Virus record (IMG/VR): IMGVR_UViG_3300012931_000759
Span: 1-64,000 of that record
DNA length: 64,000 nt
Strand: one strand, 5' to 3'
The notes under the pieces are model-generated. The model ran no database searches. It worked only from the letters and a program-made list of their open reading frames with translations, and was not told the DNA's origin. Of the stretch, positions 20,518 through 30,048 are shown one piece after another (the first letter of the stretch is position 1; each line of letters opens with the position of its first letter). The translations under genes were made by a program, and so were the position numbers.

Positions 20518-20943
20518 ATGGTCGAGGGTCTAGAGGAGTTCATCCAAAACCGCAACATCAAGACGCGCGACGGCAAGCTCGTGCTCTACAAGGCAGTTTC
20601 CAAGGAATGGAGGTCCCTCTACATCCGGATGATAACGGGCGGAGACTCCAGGGCACATGGGGCCGTCGGCGCATATCGCCCTGGGACGGTCGTTAAGGCG
20701 AGCGTATGGAGCACCAACTCCAACAACGATTGTGGAGAAGGGTTACATGTTTGTACCCTGCGGCGCGCTTTGAAGTATCGTGATCTGACCTATTTTGACA
20801 ACAATGACTGGAAACGTCGACTGGTGGAAGTGCTTGTCAATCCAAAGGACGTGGTCTACGTGCCGCGCTATAACAGTAGCAAAATCCGTTGTAAGAGACT
20901 GTTTGTCGTTGCGGAGGTCAACAGCTATGGGCGGCCCTGCTAG
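20518..20943 (+). CDS. rIIB-like CxxGLH-domain protein
   Basis: LYKAV...CGEGLHV...VNPKDVV...KIRC. Confidence 0.65.
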   Translation: MVEGLEEFIQNRNIKTRDGKLVLYKAVSKEWRSLYIRMITGGDSRAHGAVGAYRPGTVVKASVWSTNSNNDCGEGLHVCTLRRALKYRDLTYFDNNDWKRRLVEVLVNPKDVVYVPRYNSSKIRCKRLFVVAEVNSYGRPC

Positions 20944-20964
20944 GGCCGCGACGAAAGGGAATGA

Positions 20965-21342
20965 ATGAAAATGTATTTCGATGCGAACGAGAAGCGGGAA
21001 CAGCAGGATCATAACGTGACCAAGAGTGCGCACACCTACCTGGTGTACGCTAAGCGTAATACCTCACAGTTCGGACAGAAACTTCAGGAAATTCGGTGCC
21101 GCGTGCTGGATGCTCGCACGGGCTATCTCTTGGTTGAGTCGCTCAAGCGGTGGAATAAAAAGTACGCCGTGGCATCCAAGACCAAGAGTGGGATCTATGA
21201 GGGGCTTCCGGTGCGGCGCATCAACAAGGATCAGGTTCTCAAGATCATCGACGAGAACACCGGCAAGGAAGTGAAGTACAACACGGTTCGCAGGCGCGAG
21301 GGCAGCCAGCAGACGCCTGGCCGAGCGCGAGGAGGCAAGTGA
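20965..21342 (+). CDS. Hypothetical protein
   Basis: 125-aa basic ORF. Confidence 0.5.
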   Translation: MKMYFDANEKREQQDHNVTKSAHTYLVYAKRNTSQFGQKLQEIRCRVLDARTGYLLVESLKRWNKKYAVASKTKSGIYEGLPVRRINKDQVLKIIDENTGKEVKYNTVRRREGSQQTPGRARGGK

Positions 21343-21765
21343 TGAGACTGCGACCGACTTCCGAGTACATCGAGGCCATCCGGACGATCCTGCCGGGTTC
21401 GGAGGCCGATGCCATGAACTACGGGACGCTCGTCCAGCAGACGGCCGGGCGGCTCCGGCCTCACCCAGGACAACTTGCGCGAGGTGCGCCCAAACGGCAC
21501 TGGGCGCGTCAAGAATCAACATCGATCCTCCGTGTCGTTCGCGATTTTCCGCATGGTGAGCGGAGGCGAAGTGCTCCACGCTGGATCGCGCCATCAGCGG
21601 CGCTATTGGACAGTTCCGCGCGCAAGATATGCTGGCGCGATCCGAACTACGACCCACGAGGAGATTGCTAAGAGGGCGTTCGAGATCTACGCTAGCCGTG
21701 GCTATGTCCACGGTAACCATGAGCAGGACTGGCTCCAAGCCGAGCACGAGCTGCGCGAGGAATAG
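21339..21765 (+). CDS. Frameshifted protein with C-terminal DUF2934-like motif
   Basis: Frame switch near 21455; EEIAKRAFEIYASRG...DWLQAEHEL. Confidence 0.55.
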
Positions 21766-21969
21766 CGATGCCCAGGTTCAGGGTCGGAGTCGACATCGAA
21801 CGGACACAGTCCACCACGATCATAGTCGAGGTCGAGGCGGCTACGCTGGAAGAGGCCGAGCGCAAAGCCGTTTCGGAAGCCCAGCAGAGATGCTGCCGGG
21901 CAACCGGGATGGAGCATCTTGGCATCGGCCCGTTCCACGAGTGGGGAGAACCCGATCTCAAGGTGTGAC

Positions 21970-22893
21970 ATGGACCGGACATTCTACGACGCCTTCGCCG
22001 GGATGGGTGGGATCAGGCTCGGCATGGAGCGTGCCGGGTTCCGCTGCGCGGGCTCGTGCGAGATCGACAGGGCCGCGCGTGCGACGTACGCGGCCAACTT
22101 CGGCGCGGAGCCGAAGCACGCGGACATTCGGGATGTGGAGTCTCTGCCGCGCGGAACGACCGTGCTGTGCGGAGGTTTCCCGTGCCAGGCGTTCTCCCAC
22201 CTTGGGCAGCGGCGCGGATTCAAGGATCCGAATGGCAACCTCTTTTTCGAGTTGGCGCGCCTAATGGACGCGTCGCGCCCAAGGGCCTGCCTATTCGAGA
22301 ACGTGAAGGGCCTGGTGAGCCACGACGGTGGCCGGACGCTCGGTACGGTTCTCGGTACGCTCGGGGAACTGGGGTACCACACGTCCTGGCAGGTTCTCGG
22401 GGCGCAGGACTTCGGGCTGCCGCAGCGGCGCGAGCGGGTCTTCATAGCCGGCTTCCGTCACCGGAAACATTGGGAAAGCTTCAGGTTTCCGGAGGGTTGG
22501 CCGATGGGGCCCAAGAAACCGTTGTCCGCGATCATGCAGAAGGGGGTCGGCAGGAACTTCGACGCCTCGTCCGCCGTCCTGGTGGGCTACCTGCGCAAGC
22601 TGCGCGAGAGGGGACCGAACAGGGGCGGCCGTTTCCTGCCCGCGCTCCACACGCCGAACGAGGTGGGGAACACCCTGGTCACGGACGGTGACAGGATCCT
22701 CGTGTTCGACGGCAACATAATCAGGCGTCTGACGCCGCGCGAGTGGGCGCGGATGCAGGGTTTTCCGGACAACTTCAGACTATCGGATGTGAAAACACAG
22801 GCATATCGGCAGATTGGGAACTCCGTGCCGGTGCCAGTTGTGGCTGCCGTTGCCAAGGCGATAGCCGCAGCCATGAATACAAGGAGGAAATGA
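21970..22893 (+). CDS. DNA (cytosine-5) methyltransferase
   Basis: FAGMGG, GFPCQAFS, ENVKGL, PQRRER, RRLTPRE, QIGNSV. Confidence 0.95.
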   Translation: MDRTFYDAFAGMGGIRLGMERAGFRCAGSCEIDRAARATYAANFGAEPKHADIRDVESLPRGTTVLCGGFPCQAFSHLGQRRGFKDPNGNLFFELARLMDASRPRACLFENVKGLVSHDGGRTLGTVLGTLGELGYHTSWQVLGAQDFGLPQRRERVFIAGFRHRKHWESFRFPEGWPMGPKKPLSAIMQKGVGRNFDASSAVLVGYLRKLRERGPNRGGRFLPALHTPNEVGNTLVTDGDRILVFDGNIIRRLTPREWARMQGFPDNFRLSDVKTQAYRQIGNSVPVPVVAAVAKAIAAAMNTRRK

Positions 22894-23249
22894 GAATGGT
22901 AGACATTGGTGAGATTCTGAAGGAAATAGCGCGTCTCCACCCAACCTTCACCCTGAAGATCGGGCAGGCCAATGGATCGCTCGTAGCCGAGATGCGTATC
23001 GCGAACCACAAGTCAGCTACGACCATGGGAACCAACTTGATCTCCATCTTGAATCAGGTACACGGTTTGGCCGTGAAGAATCTGGCCGACAGCCTCTTGG
23101 CAGAGAGCCGCCTAAGTGAGGCGGTGTTCGACAACAAGGTGACTGAGCTGGAGAGCGACTGCGGTGGGTGTGGATGTTCGTGCGCTGGGTGTAGTCTACA
23201 AGACGACAACGATGAGTACTCGGACGATTTCGACGACGACAACAACTGA
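22890..23249 (+). CDS. Hypothetical protein with Cys/acidic tail
   Basis: AGGAGG RBS; CGGCGCSCAGC tail. Confidence 0.5.
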   Translation: MRMVDIGEILKEIARLHPTFTLKIGQANGSLVAEMRIANHKSATTMGTNLISILNQVHGLAVKNLADSLLAESRLSEAVFDNKVTELESDCGGCGCSCAGCSLQDDNDEYSDDFDDDNN

Positions 23250-23281
23250 TCGTCGCGACAAGGAAAAAAGGAGACAAAAAA

Positions 23282-23461
23282 ATGGAGAAGCGTAAGTACG
23301 TATATGGCGACCTCGAAGTTATGATCGACGCCAGTCTGACCCCAGCCCAAGTGAAGGAGAACTGGGCCACGATCTACCCGGAACTAGGACACGCGGCCAT
23401 CGTGAACCGCGACGACGGCTCGGTGGAGTTCGTGGAGCAGCAAGCCACCAAGGGGCAGTAA
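23282..23461 (+). CDS. Prokaryotic ubiquitin-like protein (PRTRC protein C-like), 59 aa, absent from the ORF track
   Basis: MEKRKYVYGD...LTPAQVKENWATIYPELGHAAI...ATKGQ*; AAGGAG RBS. Confidence 0.8.
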   Translation: MEKRKYVYGDLEVMIDASLTPAQVKENWATIYPELGHAAIVNRDDGSVEFVEQQATKGQ

Positions 23462-23709
23462 TGGATGTCAAACGGATCTTCGACAGCCTTCCACAATGGT
23501 CGCGCACTCTTGGAGAAGAGCAGGCAGCCTTCCTCGATCAGCTGATGGCGGCCATGGATACGAAGGGTTTCTCGGGGATTCCGGTCGAGGAAATGCGCCG
23601 AATCCAAGAGCAACTGTTGCGCGCTAGCGAGGACGAGGGCCGCCAGGGGGGCATAAAGCGCGCGGCGGAAAACTTGGTTCCGGTCGTCTCCGGAACCAAT
23701 TTCATATGA
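23461..23709 (+). CDS. Hypothetical protein in the Ubl cassette
   Basis: TAATG coupling to the Ubl gene. Confidence 0.55.
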   Translation: MDVKRIFDSLPQWSRTLGEEQAAFLDQLMAAMDTKGFSGIPVEEMRRIQEQLLRASEDEGRQGGIKRAAENLVPVVSGTNFI

Positions 23710-23716
23710 GGGTGCC

Positions 23717-24337
23717 ATGAACAGGGCAACCGTCCTGAAACTCCAACAAATTGAGTTTTTCCTGCTGTATAGCCTGGTCGTGGACGAGCTGCAGCTAATC
23801 AAGCGGTCGAAGCGCATGACTCCGGCGTACCGTGCGAGAGCCTCTGCGCAGCAGCGCGAAGTCCTCATAGGGAGGTTGTTTCGCTCGTTCCTGGAGAAGG
23901 TATTTCGGCGCAATATTAGGATCTCGAAACGCCCATATTTCCAGGAATTCACAGTTGAGTTCGATGCGGACACGTGCGACCGGCTGCGGAACGCACAGGC
24001 TACGCACCATGACCTGTGCCGCACACTACAACCGACGGTTGAGGAGATTGGGTTTCTTCGCTTTAACTCCCCACAGTCACTGACCGTCACCATCATGACC
24101 GGCAACAAGCATAGGTACAACTACCGATATGGCTATGAGATAGGGGTGGCTGACATGGGAATCGGACGCTATTGCCCAGCGGTAAAGGCTGTCATGGCCT
24201 GGAGGGATCGTCTGGATACCGCGCTGGCCGCCTTGGACGCGGCCGAGATGGTCGGTCCACCAGAACCGAAACGTAACCAGGCGCAAGAACAGCTCGATGC
24301 CGTCCTCAAGGACGCTGCGAAGACTGGAAGGTTATGA
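23717..24337 (+). CDS. Hypothetical protein in the Ubl cassette
   Basis: GAGG RBS; ATGA-coupled to the E2 gene. Confidence 0.55.
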   Translation: MNRATVLKLQQIEFFLLYSLVVDELQLIKRSKRMTPAYRARASAQQREVLIGRLFRSFLEKVFRRNIRISKRPYFQEFTVEFDADTCDRLRNAQATHHDLCRTLQPTVEEIGFLRFNSPQSLTVTIMTGNKHRYNYRYGYEIGVADMGIGRYCPAVKAVMAWRDRLDTALAALDAAEMVGPPEPKRNQAQEQLDAVLKDAAKTGRL

Positions 24338-25026
24338 GGAGTATCAACATCAGCAAGGCCACACTCACCGTGGAAATCGGCGACGGATCCAGCGAAGCCG
24401 TGGCCAAGTTTAAAACCAAGGAAGGCGTCGTCGCGAAGACGATCTCTGTGGCCGACCTCCTGATAGAGCTTTCGCGCGATATGGAGATCACGACCGGCAT
24501 TCTGCCCGTGGGAACCAAATTCTATGCTGGAACGAAGAACTCATATCGGATCGGCGTCCAGGTTCCAGCCAAGGTGCGCTCGGCTGACTTTATGCTCCAC
24601 GAGGTCGGGACACGCAAGATGACGGTGCCGTTTCCCGAGATTCTGTTTGTGTTCAACATCAAGGATAAGCGGATCATAGAGTCGTCCCTGTACACGTGTA
24701 TCCCGCCAGTTGGCAGGCCGTACGATAGACTTTATTGCTTCCCGTTCGGGAATGTGTACGAGAACGGCAATATCTGCTGGGGAAATGCCGTCCATCCGGT
24801 GATCGGCGAGCCGATTGTCCTCGACAGCGTGGTGTCCCGCTTCTTCACCTCCGTGTTTAGTGGGCACATTGTCCACGGCACCAACATGTTCAACGCGCCC
24901 GAGGGCGTGGTGAATCTGAGGACTCTTCTCGAGCACCTGTCTGGACAGGAGCATTTTCCGGACAGGCTCCTGAAGCCCTCGGATGTAACAGTCGGTACGG
25001 CGATGGCCTCGCGCGACAGGAGATGA
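24334..25026 (+). CDS. Prokaryotic E2 family D protein (PRTRC protein B-like)
   Basis: VPFPEILF...LYCFPFGNVYENGNICWG...FFTSVF. Confidence 0.85.
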   Translation: MRSINISKATLTVEIGDGSSEAVAKFKTKEGVVAKTISVADLLIELSRDMEITTGILPVGTKFYAGTKNSYRIGVQVPAKVRSADFMLHEVGTRKMTVPFPEILFVFNIKDKRIIESSLYTCIPPVGRPYDRLYCFPFGNVYENGNICWGNAVHPVIGEPIVLDSVVSRFFTSVFSGHIVHGTNMFNAPEGVVNLRTLLEHLSGQEHFPDRLLKPSDVTVGTAMASRDRR

Positions 25027-25904
25027 CCGTGATGGAAAAAAACGCGGCGTTCGAAGACATGGTTGGGCATTTCATCGGCGTCCCGACAAAGTGCGACAAG
25101 CCCGTGTCATGGGCCATGTGCGGAGACGGTCTTTGGGAAATCCGTAGGAATTCCCTCGGGATCTTCCGTAGGCACGTGGCCGAGGCGGCAATTCCTGGCC
25201 TCCCATCGGGACTCGAGGAGGGGTTTGACCTCGCGCTGCCGAAGGTGCCGGTCTCCCTCTTGTGGCAGACTGTATCTTTTTTCCGACACGTGTACTCGCT
25301 TCATCAGAGCGAGGCAGCTGTGCGCGTAGTGTGGAACCGCAAAACCAGGAAATACCTGCTCGACTGTCCGTCGCAGGACGTGAGCGCAGCCCGGTGTAAT
25401 TTCGACAGGCACAAGACCATCGAGAATTCCGTGGTGGTGGCGGAGATCCATAGTCACGGTCAGATGACCGCCGGGTTCTCCGGAACAGACGACAAGGACG
25501 AACTTGCCGACCGATTCTACGGCGTTGTCGGGAAAGTGCTCGACTTTTTCCCCCAGATGACCTTCCGCCTGGCCATCGGCGGCAACCACCTGGACGTTGA
25601 TATCTGCGATCTGTTCGACACGGCAAACGACCCGATGCTGGGTGCCAAGTTCCCGCTTGGCTGGATCGACCTAGTAAGGAAGCGGGAAGTGAAACCTCTC
25701 CGGTTTTCCAAAGGGCTGCGGAGGTTTCTCGATGATCCGGATGACCCGGAAAACGAAAGATCCCTGAGCTGTGATTCCGTGTTTGGGTCCGATGCGAATG
25801 GCGACAACCCCACCGATGAAGAGATGTGGGACGCCATGGATGTCATCGAAGCCGAGGAGGACGAGGAGCAGGAACAATGGCGAAAATATCAAAGAAGGCG
25901 GTAG
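25023..25904 (+). CDS. JAB/MPN metallo-isopeptidase (PRTRC protein A-like)
   Basis: LPKVP, SEAAV, EIHSHGQMTAGFSGTDDKDE, YGVVG. Confidence 0.9.
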   Translation: MTVMEKNAAFEDMVGHFIGVPTKCDKPVSWAMCGDGLWEIRRNSLGIFRRHVAEAAIPGLPSGLEEGFDLALPKVPVSLLWQTVSFFRHVYSLHQSEAAVRVVWNRKTRKYLLDCPSQDVSAARCNFDRHKTIENSVVVAEIHSHGQMTAGFSGTDDKDELADRFYGVVGKVLDFFPQMTFRLAIGGNHLDVDICDLFDTANDPMLGAKFPLGWIDLVRKREVKPLRFSKGLRRFLDDPDDPENERSLSCDSVFGSDANGDNPTDEEMWDAMDVIEAEEDEEQEQWRKYQRRR

Positions 25905-26770
25905 AGGCGCCAGTCTTGCCGGATATCAAGGCCATGAGCGGGTTCCAGCGGCCGCAAACTATCCTGGTGGTGGGATGCGGTGGAACAGGTGCCTACGTAG
26001 TCGGCCATCTGGCTCGTCTGGTGGCCGTCCTGAACCAGGCGCCAAGCGCGCCATACCAAGGATTTCACATCGTCCTGGCCGACGGGGACAAGGTGGAGCG
26101 CAAAAACCTGGAACGACAGCATTTCATCCAGAACGACCTCGACCTAAACAAGGCGGAAGTCCTGGCCACCAGGTACTCCGGGGCGTTTGGTATTGAGATC
26201 CGCGCTATCACATCTTACATCGAGGATATCTACATCATTGAGAGCGTTGCTCCACAGCTGGTGATCGGCTGCGTGGATAACAACGCATCAAGACGTGTAA
26301 TCCACGAATGGATGCTCTACAATCGCGAATACTGCCCAGACCGATTCTGGATCGACTCTGGCAACGAGGAAAATTCTGGACAGGTCGTGTGCGGGTTTGG
26401 TCCTAACTACTCTCAGGGTTCACAGAGCGATGACGAGGATAGCGGCTACAAGTTCAGCCTGCCGATGGTGACGGAGGTATACCCCAATCTGATGAAGGCC
26501 GGAGAGGACGAGAAGTTTGCCTCGCAGATGAGCTGCGCCGAGCTGGCCCAGGCAGCGCCCCAGAACATGATGACCAACATTACTGCGGCCACGATCATCC
26601 TGAATTTCGCGCAGAAGATTCTGCGCGGCAAGGCCCTGCGGACCCATGGGGCCATTTTCTCGGTGGACAATTCCTTCCGGACGCTTCTCAACACGCCGGA
26701 GAACCTGGACAAGGTCAACTCCAAGCGGCGGAGAAGCTGGGAGCAGACAGTACTAGTACAGACGATCTGA
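25877..26770 (+). CDS. ThiF/E1-like activating enzyme (PRTRC type)
   Basis: GCGGTG, DGDKVERKNLERQ, NKAE, GCVDN, WIDSGNE, SCAE. Confidence 0.9.
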   Translation: MAKISKKAVEAPVLPDIKAMSGFQRPQTILVVGCGGTGAYVVGHLARLVAVLNQAPSAPYQGFHIVLADGDKVERKNLERQHFIQNDLDLNKAEVLATRYSGAFGIEIRAITSYIEDIYIIESVAPQLVIGCVDNNASRRVIHEWMLYNREYCPDRFWIDSGNEENSGQVVCGFGPNYSQGSQSDDEDSGYKFSLPMVTEVYPNLMKAGEDEKFASQMSCAELAQAAPQNMMTNITAATIILNFAQKILRGKALRTHGAIFSVDNSFRTLLNTPENLDKVNSKRRRSWEQTVLVQTI

Positions 26771-26789
26771 TAAGGCAGGAGACGAGCTA

Positions 26790-27146
26790 ATGAATAATAC
26801 CACAAAGAACCAGAACCTCCCCTTCGCAACTGACGAGGAGTGTGAACAGCTCAGGCAGCGACTGGTACGCGCGGGCAAGATCGTTCCGGCCAAGCGCGTT
26901 GTAACTGCGACCGCAACAATCAAGCAGATTGCCGATGATTCTGACCTAGAGTTTGGGTCGCCCAGGCGCAGACGCAACGCGGCTGACGTTCCCGAGGAGG
27001 GCGTATACAGGATCCGCAAGATCACAAGTGACAAGGAGTACGAGAGCCGCAAGCGCAGTTATTTCGAAATGCTCCAGTCCGTACTTAGGTCAAGGATCGA
27101 GCTTGACCTTGAGTTTGGAGAGCATGAGGAGTTGGAGGGGACATAG
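26790..27146 (+). CDS. Hypothetical protein
   Basis: AGGAG RBS, 118-aa ORF. Confidence 0.5.
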   Translation: MNNTTKNQNLPFATDEECEQLRQRLVRAGKIVPAKRVVTATATIKQIADDSDLEFGSPRRRRNAADVPEEGVYRIRKITSDKEYESRKRSYFEMLQSVLRSRIELDLEFGEHEELEGT

Positions 27147-27206
27147 AGCAATTCTACCAGCTCATCGTACACTCTGTACAGATTGCTTAAACCGGAGCAG
27201 GATATA

Positions 27207-28556
27207 ATGTATTCCCTGAAAACAGACCTCTACCAGATAGCCATGATGGCCGGGTACTTTCATGGCGGAATGGCCGATAAGGTTGTGACCTGCGAGGCCT
27301 TCGCCCGCAAGCTGCCATCAAAACGCCGGTTCCTGGTCATGGCCGGCACCGAGGAGATCCGCGAGACGCTCGTCGGTCTGTGCTTCATGGGCACGGACAT
27401 CGAGTTTCTGCGGAGCATTCCGGCGCTGCGCAAGGTCATGACGCCAGCTTTCGAAGAGTGGCTGCTCAATTTCCGATTCACCGGTGACATGTGGGCCATG
27501 GCCGAGGGCGAGATCGTCTTCCCAGGCGAGCCGCTGGTTAGGATCACGGCGCCGGTCGCGCAGGCCCAACTTGCCGAGACCATGGTCCTGTCAGTCCTCA
27601 ATCACGACATGAGAGTTGCCTCGAAGGCGGCCAGGATCGTCCTGGCTGCGCGCGGCAAGCCGCTCATGGAGTTCGGCACGCGCCGGACGCACCACGAGGC
27701 TGCTCTCTACTCTGCGAGAGCTGCCTATCTGGCTGGATTCTCGGGGACATCCAACGTGGAGGCTGGCCTGCGATTCGGAATCCCGGTCATGGGCACCGTA
27801 GCTCACATGTGGACCATGGTCCATCAATCAGAGGCGGACGCTTTCAAGAAGTGGTCGGAACTGTGGGACAATCCGACTTTTCTGATCGACACCTACGACA
27901 CACTGCGCGGAGCTAGGCTGGTGGCTGGGATCAGGAACGCCTCCATGGTGAGGATCGATTCCGGGGACCTCTTGTCTCAATCGAAACTCGTAAGGTACAT
28001 TCTCGATGAAGGCGGATGTAAGGCAGGCATCGTTGTCTCCGGGGACCTAGACGAATACGCGGTCCATGAGCTTGTCTCATCAGACGCGCCAATCGACAGC
28101 TTCGGGATCGGCACTAAACTGGTCGCTCCGGACGACGCGCCATCTCTTGGGATCGTGTACAAGGCTGTCTACGACGAGACGGAGGCCAGGCCGCTCATGA
28201 AAACCTCGGGCGGCAAAGCAACCATGCCTGGCAGGAAACAGGTTTTCCTCGACCAACGCGAGGGCGGCTGGACCCATCTAGTCGCCTTGGACGGGGAGCT
28301 GGAGTCATCCGAGCTGCTCAGCCCACTGCTCGACAGGCATATCGCTGGCGGATTCATCGTGGACGGAGTGCGCGATGTGACCCTAGAGGTGTCGAGACGG
28401 TACTGTAACGCGGCGCTCGGATCGCTTTCGGCCCTTCCGGTCGGATACGACCTTTCGTCTATACTAGAGCCGAGCGTCGGCGTCCCGGTCAAGGCACACG
28501 ACAGCCTTACCAAAATGTTCGTGTCGGCGCGTTGCGCCATGGAGTCCGACGAATGA
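27207..28556 (+). CDS. pncB: Nicotinate phosphoribosyltransferase
   Basis: TDLYQIAM, EFGTRR, GTSNV, GTVAH, LIDTYD, VRIDSGD, FGIGT, GIVYK. Confidence 0.92.
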   Translation: MYSLKTDLYQIAMMAGYFHGGMADKVVTCEAFARKLPSKRRFLVMAGTEEIRETLVGLCFMGTDIEFLRSIPALRKVMTPAFEEWLLNFRFTGDMWAMAEGEIVFPGEPLVRITAPVAQAQLAETMVLSVLNHDMRVASKAARIVLAARGKPLMEFGTRRTHHEAALYSARAAYLAGFSGTSNVEAGLRFGIPVMGTVAHMWTMVHQSEADAFKKWSELWDNPTFLIDTYDTLRGARLVAGIRNASMVRIDSGDLLSQSKLVRYILDEGGCKAGIVVSGDLDEYAVHELVSSDAPIDSFGIGTKLVAPDDAPSLGIVYKAVYDETEARPLMKTSGGKATMPGRKQVFLDQREGGWTHLVALDGELESSELLSPLLDRHIAGGFIVDGVRDVTLEVSRRYCNAALGSLSALPVGYDLSSILEPSVGVPVKAHDSLTKMFVSARCAMESDE

Positions 28557-29461
28557 TGGAGCTGCTTTGGGGACGAGGAGGTGGACACACGATGTTCGAT
28601 CCCTATTCCCTCCAGCATGTGGTGTGGTTCTTCGCGATTACGGTCGCGCTGGCTGCACTGCGGTTCAGGCACTTGTGGGCATGGGTCCTCGGATTGGCGG
28701 CCCTGTGGGAAGTTGCCGAGTGGTGGATCGTCGACAACCTACCAGGGTTCCCCTTCGTCGGTCGTGAGGATATGTTGAACAAGGCGATAGGCGACCCGAT
28801 CAGCGACCTCGCCGGGTTCGCGCTTGGCCTGGTTGCCATGCGCGCCGTCCACCTGGTCATGAGCCGAAAGCCAGATTCGTTTGTCATGCTCCTGGAGCGG
28901 GCGAAGCGTTTGGCTGAGAAGGCGCACAGTGGGCAGAGATATGGCAGTTTTCCGTACACGCATCACCTTTTTGGAACCTGGGATGTGCTCGAGAAGTTCT
29001 GTTTCACCGGCAGAGAGCATGACAAGCCAAGGAGAGAGCGTAGTCGACGCCTGATCCTGGCTGCCATTCTACATGATACGCTGGAGGATACTGACCTGAC
29101 ATATGGAGAACTTGAAGACAACTTCGGGCGTGAGGTTGCTGATTTGGTTTTTGCCGTGACCAACGAGCCGGGAGCGAACCGCAAGGAGCGCTTCCTTAAG
29201 ACATACCCGAAGATCAAGGCTCACCCAGATGCTACAATATTAAAGCTGGCCGACAGGATCGCGAACATAATTCATGCCCTACAGTCAAACTGGGACATCC
29301 TGGTAATGTACAGGAAGGAATGGCCCATTTTCGAGCGCGAACTCCGGCGTCCGGGGGAGTGCGACCCAATGTGGGCGTATCTGGAGTCCATTTTGATACC
29401 CACGGATTCCGCTGGACAACAAGGTGCCAAAGCACCCTTTTTGGAGAACAAACATGGATGA
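28553..29461 (+). CDS. HD-domain (p)ppGpp hydrolase-like protein (Mesh1/SAH) with N-terminal membrane segment
   Basis: HSGQRYG..PY..H, AILHDTLEDT, LKLADRIAN; hydrophobic first ~100 aa. Confidence 0.8.
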   Translation: MMELLWGRGGGHTMFDPYSLQHVVWFFAITVALAALRFRHLWAWVLGLAALWEVAEWWIVDNLPGFPFVGREDMLNKAIGDPISDLAGFALGLVAMRAVHLVMSRKPDSFVMLLERAKRLAEKAHSGQRYGSFPYTHHLFGTWDVLEKFCFTGREHDKPRRERSRRLILAAILHDTLEDTDLTYGELEDNFGREVADLVFAVTNEPGANRKERFLKTYPKIKAHPDATILKLADRIANIIHALQSNWDILVMYRKEWPIFERELRRPGECDPMWAYLESILIPTDSAGQQGAKAPFLENKHG

Positions 29462-29906
29462 GAAAAGGCCACAGCCCGCCTGGCGGCGGGACAGTCAGCA
29501 GGGGCGGAGGGATGATCGCGGACAGCGTCGCGACCAGCGCGACAGACGTCGGCAAGACAGCCCTCCGCCAGAGAGACGCGCCCCGGTGGTGGGGCCGCTT
29601 GAGGTCGAGGTCTACAACAACGATGTCGGACAGGCTCTGAAAGTTCTCAAAAACAAATTGGCAAAAGATGGGATCCTAGCAGAACTCAAGGCGCGCCGCC
29701 ATGCGGAAAAGCCTTCCGAAAAGAAAAGGCGCAAACATCGGGAAGCCCTGAAGCGTTTGCGGAAATCAAAAGGTAAACGTCGTCAGGGAGGTTGGAGACC
29801 TGATAGACCAAAGGCTTCCGAGTCCAGACCAATTCGGGAATCGGCCACGCCTGTTGACCAAATCGCAAATGCGCCAGCAGCATCGGATATAAAGGATCCA
29901 AAGTAG
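29454..29906 (+). CDS. rpsU: Ribosomal protein bS21 with low-complexity extensions
   Basis: VEVYNNDVGQALKVLK...GILAELKARRHAEKPSEKKRRK. Confidence 0.85.
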   Translation: MDEKRPQPAWRRDSQQGRRDDRGQRRDQRDRRRQDSPPPERRAPVVGPLEVEVYNNDVGQALKVLKNKLAKDGILAELKARRHAEKPSEKKRRKHREALKRLRKSKGKRRQGGWRPDRPKASESRPIRESATPVDQIANAPAASDIKDPK

Positions 29907-30048
29907 GCAATTATCTTCTTTGGATAAGTTGTTTTACGGTAGTATTCCTTATTGGGGAAGAATGATCTTGGTTCATTTTGATACCTCTTTTCCCCAATGC
30001 CGAAAATTGATAGGCTTTCAAACTGCTGTCAGAAAGTGAAATATCATA

